From Candidatus Microgenomates bacterium (GTDB lineage: Bacteria; Patescibacteriota; Microgenomatia; UBA8517): DNA of 64,000 bases. Positions 57,876 through 64,000 of this stretch are shown here, piece after piece (position 1 is the stretch's first letter; the number at the start of each line of letters is the position of its first letter). The stretch lies in contig JADHUT010000003.1 in the NCBI GenBank assembly GCA_016784385.1, forward strand, positions 2,923-66,922, written 5' to 3'. Made by a program: the position numbers and the translations under genes. The notes under the pieces were generated by a model. The model did no database searches. It was not told the origin of the DNA and was given only the letters and a program-made list of their open reading frames with translations.

Positions 57876-59429
57876 CTATTTTATTAATTCAAAAAAGAAG
57901 AGTTCTTCAAATGGGCCGTATTGCGCGAATTGTTTTGAATCAGTAAGTCTGAGTGCTTTAGGGTAACTTGCAATTAACTTGTACCCTTGTTTTTCAGGAT
58001 CACCTTTAAACCTTGATTTATTTATAACCAAATAAGTTTTATTGCCTGCTTCTTTTGCTTCCATTAAACTATTTGGTACATCTTCTATGATGACTCCAAC
58101 ACCAATCACAATTATTTTTGAAATATCATTAACATAAATTTGAAGACCATCTGGCAAAGTTCCAAAATAACCTTCAGTTCCAACCACAATTTGTGTGTCT
58201 GGGTCTTTTATATGTTCCGCTCTTATGTAATCTGCAACTTGTTTTATTCCTTGCCCCGCAGTCCATTCTTCCAAATATCCTGAACGCTCCCCTCTTGGCA
58301 GATTAGCACTCTCTGGATTTGTTAATAAATGATAGTCAAATATCAAAGCTTGAACAGCAAATATCGCAATAACTACTAGGGCAGCCTTTTTGAAAAGTTT
58401 ATTTCGTTGAAGCAAAAACATCCCAGAAAGTATAAAAAGATATGGTAGAGTAAAAAATATATATCTTGCTGTAAAAGCTCTAGCAAGTTCTGCTTGTATA
58501 ATAACTGGTGCAAAAAACCAAAGAGAAACAACTAAAGTCTCCTTGAAATGTTTTTTGAATCCAAAAAACATCCCAAAAAGAAGTATTGGAATTATCATAA
58601 ATGGACCCATGGTCCAAAGCCACACAACAAAATCTTTAAGATACGGAATTAACGGGTCAAAAGGATTTGTCCAAATATGGCTTATTGGTAAAACATAATC
58701 TTTAGTTCTTGAAGTAAGTAAAGCAAAATTAGGACCCAATCTTTGGATGTTGTACATAAAATAAGCGAGCACATAACTCACAAGAGATAGTACTCCCAAC
58801 TTCAGAAATTGCATACCAAACTTTTTTTTGTTTTTTGGCCAAGATGTAAGTAACCAAAATGAAGGAAGAAGAAGTGCACTAAATATTGCAGATGATTTGG
58901 TTAGTGTAGCAAACCCCAGACAAAACCCTGTTATTAGAGCGAAATCTAATCTTTTGTATTTAACAGTCAAATATCCAAATACAGCCACCCAAACTCCAAA
59001 CATTGAAAGCATTGAATCCACAAGTGCCATACGATCAAAAAAAACAGTAAAGGGAGATATGCTATACAAAAGAGCTGAAAACAAGGAAACTACTTTATTT
59101 TTAAAGAGCAAATATGAAAGAGTAAAAATACCAAACATTGTTCCAAGTCCTGTAAAAACAGATACAAGCCGGCCTATAAATAATGGGTCTGAAAAATGTT
59201 TTATTAAAAACATCAATACCCACATATAAAAAGGTTGTTTGCCATCAGACAAAGGTAGAAACCGCAGTGTTGGTTCCCAGGCCATTACTTGAGCCCACCT
59301 GACATAAATAGCTTCATCTACAAACACGGGCAATATAGTAAGATTGTAAACACGAAGAAACAAACCAAGAAGAAATACTCCAACTATTCCAAGCCCCAAC
59401 CACTTCCACTTTCTTATATGTTTCTTCAT
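57876..59429 (-). CDS. ArnT/PMT-like (GT83/GT39-type) GT-C glycosyltransferase.
   Basis: LRVYNLTILPVFVDEAIYVRWAQVMAWEP is the DE first-loop motif. Has more than 10 TM helices. Overlaps the upstream polyprenol-P sugar synthase gene by 4 nt. Confidence 0.65.
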   Translation of the reverse strand: MKKHIRKWKWLGLGIVGVFLLGLFLRVYNLTILPVFVDEAIYVRWAQVMAWEPTLRFLPLSDGKQPFYMWVLMFLIKHFSDPLFIGRLVSVFTGLGTMFGIFTLSYLLFKNKVVSLFSALLYSISPFTVFFDRMALVDSMLSMFGVWVAVFGYLTVKYKRLDFALITGFCLGFATLTKSSAIFSALLLPSFWLLTSWPKNKKKFGMQFLKLGVLSLVSYVLAYFMYNIQRLGPNFALLTSRTKDYVLPISHIWTNPFDPLIPYLKDFVVWLWTMGPFMIIPILLFGMFFGFKKHFKETLVVSLWFFAPVIIQAELARAFTARYIFFTLPYLFILSGMFLLQRNKLFKKAALVVIAIFAVQALIFDYHLLTNPESANLPRGERSGYLEEWTAGQGIKQVADYIRAEHIKDPDTQIVVGTEGYFGTLPDGLQIYVNDISKIIVIGVGVIIEDVPNSLMEAKEAGNKTYLVINKSRFKGDPEKQGYKLIASYPKALRLTDSKQFAQYGPFEELFFFELIK

Positions 59430-60187
59430 TTATACATTCCTTTTAAAGCATTAAGCCTTACTTTCATCAAATCCCGTAGTCCCTCCCAAGAATCTTTAAT
59501 TGGGTTTACCTTTGTTCCTTCTTTATGGTGCCAATCAACATCAACTTCAGTTACTTTCAATCCCAATTTTCTTGCAACATATAGAATTTCTAAGTCAAAT
59601 CCAGCAGAAACCGAAGCTCCTTGTGTTGCTGTAGTTGCACTAAACACTTTCAATTTTCCAAAAATTTTCTTTGCTGCGTCTTTTTTGAAAGCTTTGAAGC
59701 CACACTGAGTATCCTTAAATGGAAGCCTTAATAGTAAATATCTCAGTACTGAAAATCCATATGCCATTACTTTACGAATTACAGGTGCCCCCTCTCTACC
59801 ACTTCTTGCCCCAATTACTACATCAAAGTCCTCGTCGATAATTTTAGGTAGTATCTTTTTTACTTGATCAATTGGTGTTGCCTGATCCGTGTCAGAAAAA
59901 ATAATTACATCCCCTTTGGCTTTTAACATCCCTGCAATTACCGTTGCCCCTTTCCCTCTATGGGGTTGTTTCATCAAAGTAATTTTGCTTTTACCTTCTG
60001 TGTATCTAGTTACCAACTCTGCTGTTTTGTCATTTGAGCCATCATCAACAACGATAATTTCCCATGTGTAATCTTGTTTACGCAAGTATCCATAGACGCT
60101 TTGTAATACTCCAGTCCGAAGATTGTATTCTTCGTTATATGCAGGTATTACTACACTTAAAAATATATTATTGCTATTTTTTTTCAT
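59426..60187 (-). CDS. Polyprenol-phosphate sugar synthase (GT2, DPM1/ArnC/GtrB-like).
   Basis: LSVVIPAYNEEYNL...EIIVVDDGSNDKT, FSDTDQATP, and GARSGREGAPVIRKVMAYGFSVLRYLLLRLPFKDTQCGFKAFKK. Confidence 0.8.
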   Translation of the reverse strand: MKKNSNNIFLSVVIPAYNEEYNLRTGVLQSVYGYLRKQDYTWEIIVVDDGSNDKTAELVTRYTEGKSKITLMKQPHRGKGATVIAGMLKAKGDVIIFSDTDQATPIDQVKKILPKIIDEDFDVVIGARSGREGAPVIRKVMAYGFSVLRYLLLRLPFKDTQCGFKAFKKDAAKKIFGKLKVFSATTATQGASVSAGFDLEILYVARKLGLKVTEVDVDWHHKEGTKVNPIKDSWEGLRDLMKVRLNALKGMYK

Positions 60188-60215
60188 AAAATGGTTATTC
60201 TATTTTAGTTATTCT
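60181..60215 (-). promoter_or_regulatory. Second copy of the conserved leader element, at the start of 59426..60187. It spans the stop codon of the upstream gene.
   Basis: ttttcataaaatggttattctattttagttattct. The coding strand reads AGAATAACTAAAATAGAATAACCATTTTATGAAAA. Confidence 0.4.
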
Positions 60216-61729
60216 TTATCTAAAAATCTTTCTCTTCTTTGCACTGTCACACCACCAAAACGAGTACTCTCAACTACTTCCCCTATTGTCTTTTGTCTTT
60301 CTAACCATTCTGTTAGTCTCTCTGACTCATCTGGCTCTCCCTCATACAAAGTATACAGAACTGAAACCTGATTTTCCTCTTCTGTAACCCCTTTCCATAA
60401 AAACAAGTAATCATACGAATATGAAATTACAGGAGGAACATAAACATCTATGTTAAATTCTCTGCCTTCACTATCTTTTTTCACCCAATCCACAGCTTGC
60501 AACTCTGTCTTTAAGGCAATGCTTCCAGGTCCATCTACCTTGTCTCTTAATTTAAAGTTTAAAAAATCAAAGTTGTTAATTAAAAAAAGATACACGAAAA
60601 ATAAAACCAATATTTTACCCAACCACTTTTTCTTCCAAATCTCCCCTAGTCCTATTGAGAATAAAAGCAAAAAGATCATATAATAACCTGTTAAATAGTA
60701 ATCATAGAAATTGCCTTGGTTTCCTTGAAAAAATACTAATCCTACCGACATGCAACCAAGGAGGAGAAGTAATATTTTAACACCTTGTAGTTTTATTAAC
60801 TTATTGAAGTAATAAACTATTAGTGTCAGAACTATTCCAAAAACAAACATTTCCCTTTGCCATCTTCCATGAAAAACCAATCTAGTGAAAACTCTTTTGT
60901 ATGTATCAATTTTTTCAAAAACATGTTTCCAAGTTGTTAATCCGAAACTATGATCATCTATGAAAAACTTTTTTATATTCTCAAAAATCAAGAAATCATT
61001 TTTAAAATCAAAGATAATTAAAGGTGCAATTGTAAGAAAAAACAAACCAATAGAAATTAACAACTGCCTTTTATTTGGAAAATTCTTTCTTTGCCAAATT
61101 GCAAAGATTGCCACCGCTACAAAATAAAATACCTCAGAAGCAGAACCAAAACTAAACAGAGAAAGTCCAAGTACTAATGATATTCCATACCAAGCTTTCT
61201 TTTTTCCTTCTGTAACAAGCAACATAAACAAAACCAGCAACATAGATAAAAGAAGCATTGGTGTGGGGTTACTAAGCCAACGAGAAGCCATAACAATGTT
61301 AAATGAAAAAGATGTTATATAAGCTGCAATGATACCCGCCGCATCACTATGAATTTTTCTGCCCAGAAAAAAAGCTAAAAAACTGGCTGCAACAGTAGTG
61401 AGAGAGAGAAACACCGAGGGCCAAACCGGATTTCCTCCACCAATTAAATAAAATGGGGCAATTAAATAATAATAAAATGGACCTCTAAAAATTCCAGCAA
61501 TTCCTGTAGTTGGACCTAGTAAAAATATATCTGCCTTGTGCCATAGATTCCAAATAGCCAATGCATCTCTTCCTTGGTCGAAATAAAATCCTAAGGTATT
61601 GCCTATATTATAAACTCTCAAAAACAAACCAGCTAAAAGTATTACTGCAAGCAATAAAATGGTGGGGGTTAAAATTTTACTGATTTTTTTGCGAGCAACA
61701 AACATTTTACGAAATATTTTCATCAACAA
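60209..61729 (-). CDS. Polytopic GT-C-like membrane protein; a paralog of 49525..51072.
   Basis: See the conserved block listed under 49525..51072. Has more than 11 TM helices. Confidence 0.5.
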   Translation of the reverse strand: MLMKIFRKMFVARKKISKILTPTILLLAVILLAGLFLRVYNIGNTLGFYFDQGRDALAIWNLWHKADIFLLGPTTGIAGIFRGPFYYYLIAPFYLIGGGNPVWPSVFLSLTTVAASFLAFFLGRKIHSDAAGIIAAYITSFSFNIVMASRWLSNPTPMLLLSMLLVLFMLLVTEGKKKAWYGISLVLGLSLFSFGSASEVFYFVAVAIFAIWQRKNFPNKRQLLISIGLFFLTIAPLIIFDFKNDFLIFENIKKFFIDDHSFGLTTWKHVFEKIDTYKRVFTRLVFHGRWQREMFVFGIVLTLIVYYFNKLIKLQGVKILLLLLGCMSVGLVFFQGNQGNFYDYYLTGYYMIFLLLFSIGLGEIWKKKWLGKILVLFFVYLFLINNFDFLNFKLRDKVDGPGSIALKTELQAVDWVKKDSEGREFNIDVYVPPVISYSYDYLFLWKGVTEEENQVSVLYTLYEGEPDESERLTEWLERQKTIGEVVESTRFGGVTVQRRERFLDKE

Positions 61730-62708
61730 CCTTTCTTACAGTTGAAAGAAGTTTTTCAACTGCCTCGTCAAAAGAAAGTCCTTCAATTTTAGCGCCTGAT
61801 GCAAAGACATGACCTCCTCCTCCGAGTTCAAGTGCAATCTTTGATGTATCAAAACCAGACCTGGACCTTAAACTTATAGCCAAACTTTTTGGCTCCGTTT
61901 CCAATGCAATAAATCCGAAATCAGTACCTTCTATAACTTGCGCAAACATGGAAGCAGCCGACTCTTTTGCCATTGAAGGTTTGTCTAACTTTGAGTAAAT
62001 CTCATACGGAATAGCAGACCATACAAATCTATTTTTTTTATCTACCTGGATCCTTGACAGAACTTTTGCGTAAAATTTAAGAAGTTCAATCGGTTCACTT
62101 CTATAAATTCTTTGGATAGCCATGTCTTTGTCTGCCCCCAACTTCATTAGCTCACTTACTATACGAAAAGTATTTTCATCCGCCCCAGGATATCTAAAAG
62201 CTCCCGTATCTCCTACTATCCCAGCTATCAGACACGTAGCAACATCTTTATTTACTTCCATCCCCCAATCCTCAATCAACATATAAAGTAACTGCCCGAC
62301 AGAGGTAGTTTGATCATCTACTAAATTTATATCTGCATAGTTTGTGTTTGTTATGTGGTGATCAATTGCAATTGTTTTAATCTTAGGTATAGAACTTTCT
62401 CTTTTGTTTGACACCATATCCCAACTTGAAGAATCGAGAGTTATTAATAAATCAAATTTTGTAAAATCAAATTTTGAAAAATCTACATCTTTTTTAATTT
62501 TGTCGAATCCAGAAAGATAGTTTACATTTTCAAAAAGTTCTTTACTCGGGCAAATTACTTCGACCTGTTTACTCATATCCACAAGTAATCCTCTAAGAGC
62601 AAGTGCACTTCCTATAGAATCAGGGTCTGGATTTCTGTGACAGTTAAGTAAAATTTTGTCAGCTTTTTCAATTTCCTCCAAAATTTGCTTTGATTGTTTG
62701 TAATTCAT
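61707..62708 (-). CDS. nrnA: DHH-family phosphoesterase, an NrnA-like bifunctional oligoribonuclease/pAp phosphatase.
   Basis: LLNCHRNPDPDSIGSALAL (motif I/II), AIDHHITN (DHH motif), and a C-terminal DHHA1-like GGGHVFASGAK. Confidence 0.7.
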   Translation of the reverse strand: MNYKQSKQILEEIEKADKILLNCHRNPDPDSIGSALALRGLLVDMSKQVEVICPSKELFENVNYLSGFDKIKKDVDFSKFDFTKFDLLITLDSSSWDMVSNKRESSIPKIKTIAIDHHITNTNYADINLVDDQTTSVGQLLYMLIEDWGMEVNKDVATCLIAGIVGDTGAFRYPGADENTFRIVSELMKLGADKDMAIQRIYRSEPIELLKFYAKVLSRIQVDKKNRFVWSAIPYEIYSKLDKPSMAKESAASMFAQVIEGTDFGFIALETEPKSLAISLRSRSGFDTSKIALELGGGGHVFASGAKIEGLSFDEAVEKLLSTVRKVVDENIS

Positions 62709-62713
62709 GTATT

Positions 62714-64000
62714 TTAGTTTACTGCCTTACTGTGTACTAGTTTGTATATTGTAACACCCATAACTTCCCAAGTACTTTCAATATCACTCCACCCAAAGTT
62801 TGCAACTTCTGCCTTTGCAGAATGTGTTGGGTCACACTCCTCTTTCAGTTTCTCACATACTACAAATAATTGATCAGAGATTGTATCTTTGGCCCAAATG
62901 TCAGCGTGTAGGATACTTTGACCATTTTTTTCCAAAAAATAACCATAACCATCCTCATAATTACGTTCTGCTAAAACAGCTAAGTTAAAGGCTTCTCCAT
63001 TCGACTCAACTATAATCTTTTCTGATACCTGTTGTGCTCTTTGCATTTGCCTGTTTGGTGGATATTGCAGAGGGTTGTTTATTAAATTAGTGTATATAAC
63101 AAAACCAAAGGCTAAGGCTAAAACAACCTTACCTATTTTACTCAAATTTTCTGAAATTCCATCTATGAAACCGCCAAGAAAAAGAAACGGAGGAACAAAT
63201 AAAAATCCTAGGTAATGGTCATGCAAACTTTGGTTATACAACCCCAATCCAATTAACCCGACTACCATCCACAAAGTTAAGGTCATGAATCCTGAAGCTT
63301 CGTTTTGGTGAAGTCTCTTCCTGCCCAACAAAAGAAGTATTGACGGAATTGAAACTACTGCCACTATTGCTTTACCCAACCCCTCCATTCTTCCTGCCAA
63401 CAGTCTTGTTGAAATATTATTTAGTATGCCGGGCAACTTTGAAACCGAATCCCACAATCCAACTGAAACTGTTGATCTCTCAGTAAAAAATGTTTTCATG
63501 GCGTTATAGTTCATCCAGCCATGTCTAATATCGAAAATTAAAAGTGGGGACATTAAAAACAAAAATGCTATCAATGAAAACATTGAAACCTTAATAAATC
63601 TAGTTATAGGAGCTTTGTCGTCAATTTCTTGAGACTTTGCAGAAGATGTCAAGAAAGTCATTGCCCAAAAAATTGCCACAACTGGCATTAAAATCAATCC
63701 TAAGTAGTGAGATTGCAATACAAAAGCAGATGAGATTGCACTCACCAAAACCCAATTATATTGATCTTTTTTCCATGCTCTCCAAATAGAATACACACAC
63801 AGAAGGGAGAAAAATGGCATTATATTAGGATTCCATGAAGAACGAGAAAAAATAATTGTTGTTGGTGCGATTGCATACAGTGTGGCAGCAATTGTTCCAG
63901 CTAATTTAGAAAACCATTCTCTACCAACCCAATAAACAAAAGCAATTGTTAATATCCCAACAATTGCTACCTGAACAGACATACCAACTGGTGAAAAATT
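62714..64000 (-). CDS. ArnT-like GT-C membrane glycosyltransferase whose 5' end probably extends beyond the window.
   Basis: Multi-TM, with ...YAIAPTTIIFSRSSWNPNIMPFFSLLCVYSIWRAWKK typical of the ArnT core. The frame stays open upstream of the first in-window Met at 63982, through 64000. Confidence 0.5.
   Translation of the reverse strand, partial: NFSPVGMSVQVAIVGILTIAFVYWVGREWFSKLAGTIAATLYAIAPTTIIFSRSSWNPNIMPFFSLLCVYSIWRAWKKDQYNWVLVSAISSAFVLQSHYLGLILMPVVAIFWAMTFLTSSAKSQEIDDKAPITRFIKVSMFSLIAFLFLMSPLLIFDIRHGWMNYNAMKTFFTERSTVSVGLWDSVSKLPGILNNISTRLLAGRMEGLGKAIVAVVSIPSILLLLGRKRLHQNEASGFMTLTLWMVVGLIGLGLYNQSLHDHYLGFLFVPPFLFLGGFIDGISENLSKIGKVVLALAFGFVIYTNLINNPLQYPPNRQMQRAQQVSEKIIVESNGEAFNLAVLAERNYEDGYGYFLEKNGQSILHADIWAKDTISDQLFVVCEKLKEECDPTHSAKAEVANFGWSDIESTWEVMGVTIYKLVHSKAVN

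Noticed and set aside
1-64000. I searched for CRISPR arrays, tRNA, rRNA or other structured RNA genes.
   Set aside because: There are no regularly spaced direct repeats and no long non-coding stretches. The largest clean intergenic gaps are about 137-142 bp (14101-14237, 48119-48260), and they are AT-rich without cloverleaf-like or conserved RNA structure.

Overview
The window is AT-rich (about 30% GC by eye) and densely packed with genes, mostly on the minus strand. Many adjacent genes overlap by 1-20 bp (ATGA-type overlaps), and no obvious Shine-Dalgarno sequences are visible. I found no rRNA, tRNA, CRISPR array, transposase or integrase. Almost the whole 64 kb is one cell-envelope glycosylation super-locus. 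It contains at least 17 large polytopic membrane proteins that look like GT-C glycosyltransferases (ArnT/PMT-like, PIG-V-like, YfhO/COG5617-like and several unassigned families), many of them in tandem paralog arrays. It also holds about 13 GT2, 5 GT4 and one GT10 (alpha-1,3-fucosyltransferase) glycosyltransferases, and two polyprenol-phosphate sugar synthases (GtrB/DPM1-like) sit beside GT-C partners. Two MOP/Wzx-type flippases are present. The nucleotide-sugar genes present are GDP-fucose synthase, a PseB/CapD-like 4,6-dehydratase, an NAD-epimerase, an SDR, a DegT aminotransferase and an FdtA-like cupin. Four SAM methyltransferases are scattered through the locus. Several non-glycosylation genes are embedded in it: a tandem-duplicated thymidylate-kinase-like protein next to a nucleotidyltransferase-like gene, and a vitamin-K-epoxide-reductase (VKOR) domain fused to a class-2 dihydroorotate dehydrogenase. 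Also embedded are a RelE/Phd-like toxin-antitoxin pair, a PNPOx-like flavoprotein, a DinD/Bro-N-like protein, an HD-domain protein, a DHH (NrnA-like) phosphoesterase and several secreted proteins. The gene content and architecture fit a reduced-genome, probably episymbiotic CPR/Patescibacteria-like bacterium, but that is an inference from composition and gene content, not a database result. The most interesting points are the GT-C paralog expansion (a candidate surface-glycan diversification system), the VKOR-DHODH fusion, the Tmk-Tmk plus NTase pair, a conserved 35-bp leader shared by two unrelated genes, and two poly-G tracts inside coding regions.
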